From positions 1-59,352 of IMG/VR virus record IMGVR_UViG_3300030406_001933: a stretch of DNA of 59,352 nucleotides, one strand, 5' to 3'. Source of the DNA: a virus. Its lineage: Duplodnaviria; Caudoviricetes. The position numbers and the translations under genes were made by a program. Numbering within the stretch: position 1 is the stretch's first letter; each line of letters opens with the position of its first letter. Below, piece after piece: positions 44,501 through 52,631 of the stretch. The notes below the pieces were generated by a model. That model did no database searches and was not told the DNA's origin. It was given only the letters and a program-made list of their open reading frames with translations.

Positions 44501-47482
44501 TTCTTCAGCAGCAGCTGTTCCAGTGTAGACCTGACCTTTTTTCTTGTATTGTTCTAGTAATGGTCCATCAGTTAAACCATATCTGTTAGCTTTTCTTAAT
44601 AGATTTTGTATTCTACCATTTCTATCTTTACCTAAAGATACAGATGTAGACGCTGTAATATCAATATCACCACCAGCACCTTTCTCTGCCTTGACATCAA
44701 AAACTTTGTCACCAAGTAATCGTCTGTTTCTAACTTTGTCTATTTGTAATTGTACTATTTTCTTAATGAACTCATCATTGTAGCTTCTACCTGGTTGAGC
44801 ATTAGATAGACCCTCAATAAATAATGCAGCAGTTTTTTGTATTGCTGCTTTTTCTAAGTCAGTAAAATCAGAAACATCTAAGCCAGATAAGATTTTATTA
44901 ACATCTGGTTTAATAGTGCTTTTTCTTGCTGTAGGTTTTTCACTAAATAAAAGTTTAGTTATTGGACCTATGCCTTCAGGGTTATGTCTTGCAATTGTTT
45001 CAAGCACCTGTTCAATAGGTGCATTAGGCATATCCGCTACCGTTGATTCAAATAAGGCAGCAGCATTAGTTTCGTCATTGATTACTTTTTCGTAAGCATC
45101 AATTATTAATTTTCTAGAATCATCAGATATAGTTGGGTCGTTGTTAACGATACCCATAAAGGCATCTCTATTATATATACCCCTTAAAGCAAATGTGTCT
45201 GCTGGATCTGATAACGACTTGGCAATAGCATTAACACCTTCAGTACCAATATAGTCGTCTATCATATTTTGTAGAGCTATAAGTCTAGCCTGTTTTCTAG
45301 AGTACTTTTGGTTGTCTACTAAATCTTTTACCTCTCGTCTGAAAGATGCAGCTGCAGCTTTTATATCTGCAGGGTCAAATATTTCTTCAATAAACTTAAT
45401 AGAGCCTTTGTCTGTATCAATTATATCAGGTTTATTAGGATTAAACTTAGGATCAGATTCTAATAGGTCATTAATCTGGTCCATTCTTTGACCAATAGTT
45501 ACTGGCTCTGGTTTTAAATCTGGTTTAGGAGCATCTGGTGCACCTTCATCAGGTGTTGATACTGCTTCTTCTGCTTCTGCAGTACGACCTTCTTGCCTTG
45601 CTTTTGCCTCAGTTAGTTCTTGTTCCCTAACTTTAGCTTGCTCAGAAGAAAGAGCTTCATCTGCCTCAACAGTTTTATTGTTATTAAGAGTTTCTAATTT
45701 TGCATTAGCATCTTTAATTTGATCAGTTACATCTTTTAAATCTTGTTCATATGTTTCTGCTTTCTTAGCGTGTTTTTCACTTAGCTCTTTACCAGCTTTT
45801 GCTTGTTGGTTACGATATGTTTGTTGTCTTTGTAAAAGTTTCTTTCTTTTCTCAAGGTCTGATAAAGTAGATTGTATTTCTTCAGCAGTTTCAGTTTTGA
45901 CTTCTACTTCTTTTACATCATCACCTTCTACTTTTGGTTCAGTTTCTAATATATCTTGTTCAGCTTTTGTTTTTGGTGTTGCTTCTTCTGGTTTACCAAT
46001 AACAAGATTGTCCTCAGCATCTATCCTAGCTTGAATATCATTTAACTGAAGAAGCTTATCAATCAGTCCCTGTTCATTACCGTCTTTGTAATCTCTTAGG
46101 AATGCACCAACTAATTTTCTTTTTTGTAATGAAGCTGCTTCATTCTCTTTAATCTTAGTTTGAGTTTGTTGTATTTCAGCAGGATCTTTTTTACTAGGTA
46201 GTTCATCTCTTAATTTCTGTGTTTGAATATCTAGTGCGTCTGCTTCTTCAATAGCATTTCTAGTTACATATATATTGTCTAATACCTTACGAAGTTTTTT
46301 TGCTTCGTTTATTACTTGAGGGCTTACATCAGGAAACTCTGCTGCAGAGAAAACTTCATCATCAGTTCTTCCACCTTTGTTACCTGACATAAGATTATCA
46401 AACTTAGTTCTGTCAGAAGCTTCAAACTCATCAAGCAAGCCTTTATAAATTCTTTCTAATTGTGGTCGTACATTTTGGTCAATTAAATTTTGTATAACTG
46501 TTTTGTTTTCTGGAGTTGGATTCGTTTCAAAATTTTCTACAGCTTCAGTAAAGTTTGCTTCTTCTTGTGCTTTCAAAGCATTTTGAACTTCTTTATCTTT
46601 TTCTACAAAACTTTGTTTAAAATCATATTTACCATCTGCAGTTCTAGTTAGGTTCCTTCTGAATAAGGCTCCACCTGCAGCACCAAATAATCCACCCAAT
46701 GCTCCGCCAGCGACACCCCCTACACCAGCTGCAAACGCACCTTCTTTAAAACTATACTCATCTCTTTCACCAATACCTATATCTCTAAATTGTTCAGCAG
46801 CGTTATATCCAGCTTCAATACCACCACCTAGTACAGCCTCAACTTTTGCACCTGACTTACCACCTTCTTTGATTGCACCTACTAATAAATTTTTACCTGT
46901 TTGTTTTGCTGCGATTGCACCACCTTTGGCAGCCATTCCACCAACACCCATACCAATTAAGTTTACTGGGTCAAATACAGCTTTTCCTACATTGGCAGCT
47001 AATCCAGCAGCACCTGTTCCACCATCTTCATAAAAATTTGGTAGAGCATCGTAGACACGCTGTAATCTTGATAGCCTTGCTTTTTGAGCATCGGTTGCAC
47101 TTCCGCCTGTTGTGTACCAAGCTTCTTTAGCCATACTGGTAAAGTTCATAGATTTCCAACCACGGTCACTATAAAACTCTTCAATGGCTTCTTGAGGACT
47201 AGAGAATGTTATACCATCTCTGTCTTGAAAGAAATCATATACATCTTGAATAAATTCTGGATTTTGTAAAAGCCTTAGTGCATCTGTTTTTGACAGATCA
47301 CCTTTTGCATATTTTAAAGCACCCGTGTCTGGTCCAGTTGGATCTAGTGATAGCTCTCCATAGCCTCTAGATTTGATAAGACCTGTAAGATTTTTGTTTG
47401 CTACTTCAGGTGCATCACTACCAAATCCTAGATCATCACGAACTTCGGTTGGGTTATTTTCATTTAATATTTCATCTGACAT
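35519..47482 (-). CDS. Giant ejection / polyvalent protein (zincin peptidase plus ADP-ribosyltransferase-like domains)
   Basis: 3987 aa, no Cys seen; Gly/Ala-rich TM-like N- and C-terminal regions; VLHELGH...EFFA (~41690-42130); YHGT...GPGVYLA...GYDG (~38380-39230). Confidence 0.85.
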   Translation of the reverse strand: MSDEILNENNPTEVRDDLGFGSDAPEVANKNLTGLIKSRGYGELSLDPTGPDTGALKYAKGDLSKTDALRLLQNPEFIQDVYDFFQDRDGITFSSPQEAIEEFYSDRGWKSMNFTSMAKEAWYTTGGSATDAQKARLSRLQRVYDALPNFYEDGGTGAAGLAANVGKAVFDPVNLIGMGVGGMAAKGGAIAAKQTGKNLLVGAIKEGGKSGAKVEAVLGGGIEAGYNAAEQFRDIGIGERDEYSFKEGAFAAGVGGVAGGALGGLFGAAGGALFRRNLTRTADGKYDFKQSFVEKDKEVQNALKAQEEANFTEAVENFETNPTPENKTVIQNLIDQNVRPQLERIYKGLLDEFEASDRTKFDNLMSGNKGGRTDDEVFSAAEFPDVSPQVINEAKKLRKVLDNIYVTRNAIEEADALDIQTQKLRDELPSKKDPAEIQQTQTKIKENEAASLQKRKLVGAFLRDYKDGNEQGLIDKLLQLNDIQARIDAEDNLVIGKPEEATPKTKAEQDILETEPKVEGDDVKEVEVKTETAEEIQSTLSDLEKRKKLLQRQQTYRNQQAKAGKELSEKHAKKAETYEQDLKDVTDQIKDANAKLETLNNNKTVEADEALSSEQAKVREQELTEAKARQEGRTAEAEEAVSTPDEGAPDAPKPDLKPEPVTIGQRMDQINDLLESDPKFNPNKPDIIDTDKGSIKFIEEIFDPADIKAAAASFRREVKDLVDNQKYSRKQARLIALQNMIDDYIGTEGVNAIAKSLSDPADTFALRGIYNRDAFMGIVNNDPTISDDSRKLIIDAYEKVINDETNAAALFESTVADMPNAPIEQVLETIARHNPEGIGPITKLLFSEKPTARKSTIKPDVNKILSGLDVSDFTDLEKAAIQKTAALFIEGLSNAQPGRSYNDEFIKKIVQLQIDKVRNRRLLGDKVFDVKAEKGAGGDIDITASTSVSLGKDRNGRIQNLLRKANRYGLTDGPLLEQYKKKGQVYTGTAAAEEALLDAKLDSRSETGREEADFEKFAYIDANTGLKTKRKTSKVDGKRVENATYGFEADKVVVIDKALTQIESSIRSLDKGGDAYITANELYQMSRDILKVANITFVPPRGRANELLTIDVKDVTSTPEGFKEFPGNSDGTKSWVYKLVSDTDIHNKVQKSGKELVDGKYEKISNLTYERIEAPEGTAGIGDAVTGKVYQSKSDIPADNVTDTTATYKQVRQALKDLRKRFTHSTPKEKAGNENLVYKSGKNYNIALAQRDLRAINKSLSELRNQAESPLVKLQIKGLLNDKKRIKAQIKDLGGDPRAKTLNRKALANIKKAHMEGVAEDKAIAKQKIEEYTGKPLDEVDEEIAQEIVDQDVNAEAIQLKMKEELNELVSELTSGQISKEDYDLGVSSIVNRMIQLGKESPDTKPVGRNKPDVIDFKGYEVDVNNHFKIKNIDGIADAQNIFFLGKRIGRIMKRGDVYEVHSNELDTVHRFASSDFAKRSLPEMFEIQVLQAGKSGKLATSNLTDTGSTKNFRRKDHTKTNTYENAAEEPQSNPVDDTVKPTEVEQNADPRLNTFLSQYLPKVPKGRALSIYLETGEYANTIRTPSQKQLDGSSVFDVLKKQSKENYIIGTVDANADGALAKLESFEPMTDIGQAFRVVDKTPKQKQITNTKGDISMEPGAVGLQRASNVKLEDKLIPNDAEFKSRHKTVGDVLTSIEILEQTPWSKLKSKGDVQAVIRQLDLLNGIVERHIPRGIKLPNRSRETSWQKFATIMSTANVNQGDINAVLMVMSRMAGTELDAASPNFAIVKGEQMRGAYFGPGSGPNDGSMQNIIGLDLNNINANGLPPSITVLHELGHWAYNNILDASHKKQFWNTIGKYVTDDGVDLGALKARLPGDPHIGNELSSPSEFFAQQFVQYAIAKNKAGTYDEVMSMWKRIGRTVNETIRRWFGVGGDEATPATHLSAIDPDLIPLFQRIFPDRDPVNRYANLLSKFANADQKTKYRLSVLMDLDEVRSKIDKALDGSHEELLSALGGRGLETDRPSAATVLNSFLRNARGRDKVTKRFGNPTRSRKGKHNRKRFFEEGELVDIDGSVPRHRNQSDYHTFTKITDAYWKIINHAKKMRDPRFIDADKKAGKYSQATPGQYLGALEATAGKGERGAIDVANAREIQRLIKEQAADDGNYNVDAEDIMSMQLGTTDIQGGGNKSLTALVMENAAANQTPDNIDQLAVTRALAFDVLANIENAEKRLRRQLHNIFGEMDGFDITTSVGRDEQVYVKGAKNKSTKRFRSLNAKRKRDNVNRQLTGRIKQIEDLEKQADSIMKKTLGKQGQSSTLKQSPKEMSIREIADETKVSKKQTARTKDLTAELVQKLLSDPEVPEFSVIQRSIEADPNITRLSNGRVATTPGDFVQLLQEGYNQGYQARMDYAMYVLRGQPDGLNLMPRKAPVKRMVMKEVEQSKGVSGENGIPARTPVYIKEFLRKVTHRDPLVENNARTFTYRLLNILGKTQFDKNASNNFLTMDDVGGLFPESYFGANYGTFEHANNGEVLNIVRRTARKIAQNLKSGKSKIEYPNTIASRKPVGREYTVIDEVGYLMYHSAIDEEGKININNAYQEALELGEARAVKISESFNVPNPKGAAVKWFIDGFNDILSQKTTKRELYNNLSGSALLEDSLDSVTEHSAYLLNKMIGNKKLRQRYRYLTYFGDMHYDAASVHPIKRSVDQTGNSGTLHLAKKYASETISSFSDAADLSHREFLNARSTDNLLDYVFYHGTPNGDAFNKYKGARGPKPSNADSLYGPGVYLAKDPTASETYARFTHKNSLKAMVDSDDPDVIAITDEIINDIMENNYKLNDISRAYAGRDIRKTTLNRMDEMEAGIVEPVDGDPAYTMLQDAQVYERLMLKNEELFERLGQFTKVRRNPKVVPMFVRADNMFDFSDNATYSVGSGEPNDIGFFMKELQTTGLFKDQEMTRMLNEFRLQGELDGSDFYQNLVDTLTTSGRSEAEAKTLITRAFNQLGYDGFLITEPHPVTNDVVDAIVIHNNKSLRTVDADVEDSVVNPEFASNMNDKHQSLNGQLLQDVVELNKKLEDSDYVNIGSKAQKLGMPDALQGFVKKTLRKEAIDIDDVEVIEKNYSTNFISENSAHLRKIGAAWLGNLIKPKDGPGIYQMHAADLAKRIQPVMQMLQKLPDYGNPVKRYINKTAPFFQAIPLLGRAVPEKAVAPPASHKRIIRAMRAGDISNLNDAEKQIANHLVGLFKTELNDLHNLGIPVGDVTLRNGTKYYVPQIWNADIVRENPKAFVESLQRFITREKRMEGKNVDPREIAEIASNMMNRIIDTDGRIDVDVDARTSGITSDPFYQRFITLNKDTYPEFADYLVDDLEGIITKYFDKTTRKKLMAKNFGAGGHGLNAYTVTAKLGVEGAADILSENKLITMPRSTGDDVLEVSHIVIPTPNQIERAHLKEILRDIQASLINTNTNTVHARVDAARRRLLALTDTGSLNPGQMANLKIRIDAVVNGLKDFPGGMSEGSEGFIRSINDVLERRPMSDSRMLNNVSKKMRAFNSVSLLGWTTLTSIPDMALPLIRTGNFKGWMKAWKDVTLGSPEYRQAAKDIGVGVENLIHDRMTHMAGDGSQQFQHAFFYGTGLQSWTNFMREVSAVVGYNTFKAEADMAQKLIAKGQIDSAAYRKSLRLLKRYGLEAYAMPGSRRMADMKTVAKDDNFRYATMRFVNETIFTPDPNDVPLWAQHPIGSMVFQLKSFPLMMMRMVFGEGGVVDEAWKYKNFKPMIALLTVGGGFGMMANTIKDYTLQRGGEDGREAALRERKFSKTAVGETFKVFTGVEGEDADRWLQQNLGKDADKFLGHYLEGIVALGGLGLLAELFFNTAAQADNRYYGAARMMSAIGGPSTGVLFDAAANVGGGIELARESIPGVEGDGSNSSERAFIRTLLRRIPVAGGNKVFTEGGTDLLAGEQTGRRSQSEGGNVFDAMKASDFDKLFAKFK

Positions 47483-47542
47483 AATTTCGGTACTCCAGTT
47501 TCCGATTTATTTATATTATTCTATAACGAGTAGTTCGTCATC

Positions 47543-50152
47543 CTACTTAGCCATAAGCAATTCCTTAATACCTGTTCTATCATCGTTTGCGAATGCCATA
47601 CCCGCGTTTAGATATTGTTTTATAAATAGTTCTAGTTGAACTTTTGTAGCCTGAGAGTTAATAACTTTTTGTTTATTGTTTAATACGAAAGCATCTGGTT
47701 CGTGCATTTTTCTTATAAACTCTCTTATATTACTAGCACCACCAAAGCCACCCATTGTTAGCCCGTTGTTTGAAGCTACGGTTGCCATATTATATCCTGG
47801 GCTTACACCTTTGTCGTGTATGTTGTAGTTATAAAGTATTCCGTTAGCCATAGCATTTATTATTTCATTTTGTTTAGTTTTTGGTATTTCATTAAATGTT
47901 TCAAATTGTCCTAAATTATGAGTTTTGTAAGTCATTTTGAATATATCAAAGAAAGGTGTATTACCTAAGTTTGGTCCTGTAGTTCCACTACTAAACAACT
48001 TAGCAACTCCGTTTTCAGTATAGATATTATTAATTACAATTTGATCAGATTTTTTATCAGTCAATAAGAAAGAAGTGTTTCCTTGACCAGCAGGTGACAT
48101 ATCTCCTATTGTAGTTTTATAAGTATACGCTTTATTACCGTGAACAGAATTGAGGTGTTGAGCTTGAGCTTTTATATCTCCTTTGAAACTTAGGTTGTTA
48201 ACAGAAGCAACATTATCGCTGTTGAATATAGCATTGTTTTCACCAGTAGGTACAATATCATTTATTTCTTTGAGTCCTTTTTCGCTAGTCAACTGGTCTA
48301 TCTTACCTAGTAAGTATTCTCTGTACTCTTTTACATTTGTAACTTTTACATCACCAAAAGTATGTTCTATCGCCAAGCCTGTATTGTTTGAATCATCAAA
48401 AGCTCCTAGGTTATATCCAGTTAAATCTCTTGATATATCTTTTTTAATCATCAATAACTTATCTTTATATTCATTTATAAGCCTTGCTACATTAGGATCA
48501 TTCCAAATAACTTGCGTTTCACCATTAGCAAATTTAATTTCTGTTTTAGCTGACTTAGGTAATTTAGTTATTAGTTCTGTAATTCGTGATTCCAGTTTTT
48601 CAATCTCTTTATTATATTCAATTCCATATGCTTTTATAGAAGTTCCAGGTGGCACTCCATCTGTAAACAAATTAGTGTATTGTTGTTTTGCAGTAGCTCT
48701 TGCATCTGAATAATTTTGAAGATTAAGTTTACTTGCAATCTCTTCTGCTAATACCAACGCATCTTCTGGTCTTTCATTTACTCTATCTTTTACAGCATCA
48801 AGTTCTGCGTGTAGATTATTCATAACCTCTAAAGGAAGATAATATTTAGATTGTAGTGCACCTATTATGTTTTTTGTTGGACCATTTAAGTATGGATTAT
48901 CCTTTTCTTCACCGAAAGCAGTAAAGAACATCATAATGTTTTCTTTTGATTTATCTTGAGTTATGTTTGCTTCTCCATATGCAGTAGCGGCTGCTTGCCC
49001 TTTTGCTTTATTATATTCATAGTTTTGTTGATAGTTTAGATTTAGCCAAGCATTATAGTTGTTGTATCCAATGATATCTCCTAATTTTTTATTTAAAACT
49101 AATTGACCTTTATAATCACCTTCACCTTCAACAAATAAAGTCTTTTCATCAAAGCCTAATTTTCTTGCTGCTTCTCTATACGCTTGCTCCCACAAAGTAC
49201 GAGTAAGCTTCATATTTCCATTTTTATTAGCTTCGTGGAACTTTTTCCAAGTGTCTGTTTCTTTCATAGCATCGTGGAAAGTTGTAGCAACCTTGCCATT
49301 GTATACTGATTTTTGATTTGTAAAGTGAGCTTCTATTCTTGTTTTAGTATCTTTAACAAGCTCTGGAGTTATTGATCTTAGGTCTATACCAGAAGCCAAC
49401 AATATGTTCTCTACAAACTTGTCTTTACCTTTTTCATCTCTTTGAACATAATTTATATATTGCTCTGTACTTACTCCCTTAAGGAATAGTTCGCCTAATG
49501 TTTTTGAAACTCCTGCAGAAACTTTATTTGCATTTGAAGTTTTTAATTTAGCTTTTAAACCTTCAACCAACCATTTAGGTTGACCAGAAAAATTCATATC
49601 TATTTGTTGTTCTGTTTGATTAGTAGAGGCAAAGTTTTCCTCATTAAAAATATTATCTATTTCTTCTTTTCTTTTTCTTTGTTGTGCTTTATTCCATTTA
49701 CTCCTATCATCCCAACCCATATCAGAAAACATCTTGGTATTAGTTTCTCTATTAGGACCTAGAAAGCCTTTTTCACTTATCATACTTTCTTTCCATTCCT
49801 CAAATGTACCATTAACACTTACGGAATCATCAAAAGCTTTGTTTCTAGTTTCTATCTGTTCTATGTTTTTTGTAGCTTGTGCTAATTGATCATCAAATAC
49901 ACCTTGGTTGTGAGCCTTGTGCATTGACTCTATCATCTGGTCACTAGCTAAAGATTGACTATAAAGAAAGTTACCACCAGTTATTTCGTGCCTTTGTTTT
50001 TCTAAATCAGTAATAGATAACGGACGCCCAGCTTTTCTTTCTTGATCCATAAAAGCTTGAAAAGCATCTCTATTCTTTTTTCGTTTGTCTATATTCCTTT
50101 GCTCTGCATCTCGCAGATTTTGTGATAGACCGAATCCAAAACTAAGTGCCAT
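47543..50152 (-). CDS. Internal virion / ejection protein
   Basis: 869 aa, helical, Cys-free, immediately upstream of the giant protein. Confidence 0.7.
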   Translation of the reverse strand: MALSFGFGLSQNLRDAEQRNIDKRKKNRDAFQAFMDQERKAGRPLSITDLEKQRHEITGGNFLYSQSLASDQMIESMHKAHNQGVFDDQLAQATKNIEQIETRNKAFDDSVSVNGTFEEWKESMISEKGFLGPNRETNTKMFSDMGWDDRSKWNKAQQRKRKEEIDNIFNEENFASTNQTEQQIDMNFSGQPKWLVEGLKAKLKTSNANKVSAGVSKTLGELFLKGVSTEQYINYVQRDEKGKDKFVENILLASGIDLRSITPELVKDTKTRIEAHFTNQKSVYNGKVATTFHDAMKETDTWKKFHEANKNGNMKLTRTLWEQAYREAARKLGFDEKTLFVEGEGDYKGQLVLNKKLGDIIGYNNYNAWLNLNYQQNYEYNKAKGQAAATAYGEANITQDKSKENIMMFFTAFGEEKDNPYLNGPTKNIIGALQSKYYLPLEVMNNLHAELDAVKDRVNERPEDALVLAEEIASKLNLQNYSDARATAKQQYTNLFTDGVPPGTSIKAYGIEYNKEIEKLESRITELITKLPKSAKTEIKFANGETQVIWNDPNVARLINEYKDKLLMIKKDISRDLTGYNLGAFDDSNNTGLAIEHTFGDVKVTNVKEYREYLLGKIDQLTSEKGLKEINDIVPTGENNAIFNSDNVASVNNLSFKGDIKAQAQHLNSVHGNKAYTYKTTIGDMSPAGQGNTSFLLTDKKSDQIVINNIYTENGVAKLFSSGTTGPNLGNTPFFDIFKMTYKTHNLGQFETFNEIPKTKQNEIINAMANGILYNYNIHDKGVSPGYNMATVASNNGLTMGGFGGASNIREFIRKMHEPDAFVLNNKQKVINSQATKVQLELFIKQYLNAGMAFANDDRTGIKELLMAK

Positions 50153-50154
50153 AA

Positions 50155-51057
50155 TTAAACCTCCGCACCAATTAGATTACCCGCAGAATCATAATACAAA
50201 GGTTGTCCTAAATAATTGGTTTGTGGTTGATTGTTTATAGTTCCACTACCCACGATAGTACTATCTGGGTTTTTGTTAGTATTAAAGTTACCAGTAATTC
50301 CTTTTGCAAGATCATCTAAACTATTAGAAAATGATTTATTACTTGCTGTTGCAGACTTCATAGCCGTATCAAACATATTACTCAATCCTGTTTGGCTTCC
50401 GCCATAGTTGGTTTGTGCTGTGCTATATAATCCTTTTTCCATATTAAATTGTGCCTCATAAGGATCTGTAAATTGTTTTGTAAATGCTGCTCTAGATGCT
50501 TGGTCTAGATTCATTCTTTCACTAGCAAATTTAAGTGCGTTTACTTTTGCTTGTATATCAGCTTTCTGTAGTTCAGGTGCATACTTGGCAATTACATCAG
50601 CTTGAACCTTAGCATCTAATGTATCAGAATCAGCACCACCTAACCTTGCTAGGTTATTTGCTTTTGCTTTACTTGCAGTAAGTTCTGCTAGTTTGAATAT
50701 GTCAGTCCTATAAGCATTGGATAAATCAAACATATCACGCATAATATCTTCTTTGCTTGGTGTGTATGGTACACCTAGATATTCATTAACTTGTTTAATT
50801 GATTCGGCTAAATTAGATGATTGAACTAAAAGCCTATCTCTTAATGCTCTTTGTTCTGCATCTCTTCGTAAAGCAAGATTTTGTTTGAATTGTAAGTCTT
50901 GACCTTGTTGTCTATAGATAGCTTCAAGCTGTGCACGATCTTGTGACTGAGCTAAGTAATCACTACTCGCATCAAAACCACTGCCTAAAATATTAGCAGT
51001 CAATGGGTCCATACCCATCTTGGTTCCTATTGCACTAAATACACTTCCAAAGCTCAT
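50155..51057 (-). CDS. Internal virion / ejection protein
   Basis: 300 aa, Gln/Ala-rich helical, Cys-free, amphipathic N-terminus. Confidence 0.7.
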   Translation of the reverse strand: MSFGSVFSAIGTKMGMDPLTANILGSGFDASSDYLAQSQDRAQLEAIYRQQGQDLQFKQNLALRRDAEQRALRDRLLVQSSNLAESIKQVNEYLGVPYTPSKEDIMRDMFDLSNAYRTDIFKLAELTASKAKANNLARLGGADSDTLDAKVQADVIAKYAPELQKADIQAKVNALKFASERMNLDQASRAAFTKQFTDPYEAQFNMEKGLYSTAQTNYGGSQTGLSNMFDTAMKSATASNKSFSNSLDDLAKGITGNFNTNKNPDSTIVGSGTINNQPQTNYLGQPLYYDSAGNLIGAEV

Positions 51058-51069
51058 CTGTTATCCCTC

Positions 51070-51810
51070 CTAAGCAATAATAATTCCGTTCCCAAATCCA
51101 GTTCTCCTGTTCACCAAGTTAGAAGATATTGGACCTCGTGCCACAAACGGTGCGTTCGGGTCATTCGGAACGAAAGAGATAACCTGTTCTTTCCTCTCTG
51201 TTGTTGGAACAATATAGTTCACATCTGGTGCCACACTTTCTGTTGGAGAAACTGGTGGTACATTAGGATCTGCTTGTAAATCTGGATTACCTGTTGGTGT
51301 TGGTAATGTACCTTGTTCTGGAGTATATGTTGGTCCAAGCGTTGTTGCTAGTTGACCTTCTCCAGATAATAAAGCTCGTCTACCAAAACTTGTTTCACCT
51401 GTTCCAACTTCACCACCAAATGTTTCTTCACCTGTCATCTGTGTTGGTACTTGACCTGACTCTGGTAATGTTCCTTCACCTGTTGCGAGAGAGTCCCTTC
51501 TCTCCATAGACGGATCTGTCCCTGGTGCCGTAACATTAGTTCCTACAAATGATCTATAGACAGGTCTTTCTGGTTTCTTACCACCAGGATATAAAAGATC
51601 CCCAGACTTGCCCATAGCTGAATATTTTTTTGCTTCTTCTGGATTTGCAATAATTGCTTGTAGACGAGTTCCTGCAGTTAATGGGTTAAGACCCATAGTC
51701 TTGCCATATTCTGATTCATTTACTACTTGTTTGTTTCCTAGCAAGTCAGTGTATTCAACTTGGTTTATTACCTGTTGACCACCGCCGCCGCCTCCGCCGC
51801 CGCCGCACAT
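51070..51810 (-). CDS. Virion protein with Met-Cys-polyGly N-terminus
   Basis: MCGGGGGGGGGQQ...; the only Cys is residue 2; ends RRTGFGNGIIIA. Confidence 0.75.
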   Translation of the reverse strand: MCGGGGGGGGGQQVINQVEYTDLLGNKQVVNESEYGKTMGLNPLTAGTRLQAIIANPEEAKKYSAMGKSGDLLYPGGKKPERPVYRSFVGTNVTAPGTDPSMERRDSLATGEGTLPESGQVPTQMTGEETFGGEVGTGETSFGRRALLSGEGQLATTLGPTYTPEQGTLPTPTGNPDLQADPNVPPVSPTESVAPDVNYIVPTTERKEQVISFVPNDPNAPFVARGPISSNLVNRRTGFGNGIIIA

Positions 51811-51842
51811 ATTATTTGCCCTCCATAATTAATTTGTTCATA

Positions 51843-52631
51843 TTAAAACCTTGTGTAAACTCCTTTACCGAAACCTTGTCGTCTTTTTTTGTCGTCACGA
51901 TCGTCAAAGCCTCCGAAGTTAATGTCATTTTTTGTAGTTCCTATTATGTTATTTGTACCTATTGTACCTATATCTTTAGATTTTGTAGTCCCTGTGTTAG
52001 TGTTTGTAGGCTTATCATCAAAAAATTGTCCTACAAATTGTTGAGAGAACCTTGGGCTTTCTTGCATAGCTTTTGCCATACCCACTTCCCTAGCTCTAGA
52101 TGCACCATATGCTAAATCTGCAGTTAGGGCAGCTTTACCTAATACATTCTGCATAGCTGTCGCACCCGCTTTGGAACCACCTATAGGACCAGTGAGTAAA
52201 TTTAGTGCTGTTTCTTGTGGAGAAGTACCAAATTTATTACCTGGAGATAGAAAATCTATAACACCTCTGGCTACATCTACACCCATACCAAGCACTGGAT
52301 TAGCCATATAAGTAGCAGCTCTAAAGCCTTGTTCTACTACAGCTTTACCTAATTTATTATTATCTGGTCTAGGAGTTGTACTACCATTACGGAATGTTTC
52401 ATCACGATCATCAGGTGCATAGTTTAGGTTAGTAGTCCCTTGAACTATATTTGTTCCAGGATAGTTTTTAGGAGCTGATGTAGGATTACCAATTGGGTCA
52501 AGTGTTTCTTGTCTAATATCCCCAGGTTTATAACCTGTCATAGGATTATCATTTGGCTTGAAGTTGGCTACAGGAGCTACAACTTTTTCTATGTTATCAT
52601 CTTTGCTGCCTGATCCGCCACCGCCACACAT
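51843..52631 (-). CDS. Virion protein with Met-Cys-polyGly N-terminus
   Basis: MCGGGGSGS...; the only Cys is residue 2; ends RRQGFGKGVYTRF; TAATG-coupled to the GNAT. Confidence 0.75.
   Translation of the reverse strand: MCGGGGSGSKDDNIEKVVAPVANFKPNDNPMTGYKPGDIRQETLDPIGNPTSAPKNYPGTNIVQGTTNLNYAPDDRDETFRNGSTTPRPDNNKLGKAVVEQGFRAATYMANPVLGMGVDVARGVIDFLSPGNKFGTSPQETALNLLTGPIGGSKAGATAMQNVLGKAALTADLAYGASRAREVGMAKAMQESPRFSQQFVGQFFDDKPTNTNTGTTKSKDIGTIGTNNIIGTTKNDINFGGFDDRDDKKRRQGFGKGVYTRF

Noticed and set aside
35519-47482. Giant protein as N4- or crAss-type virion RNA polymerase
   Set aside because: Size and lack of Cys fit, but I found no DxDGD or T7/N4-type polymerase motifs; the recognisable motifs are zincin and ART. 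A structure search would be needed to exclude it fully.
51781-51807. (GGC)n run as a phase-variation switch
   Set aside because: Triplet repeat interrupted by GGA/GGT; slippage would stay in frame, so it only encodes the poly-Gly tag.
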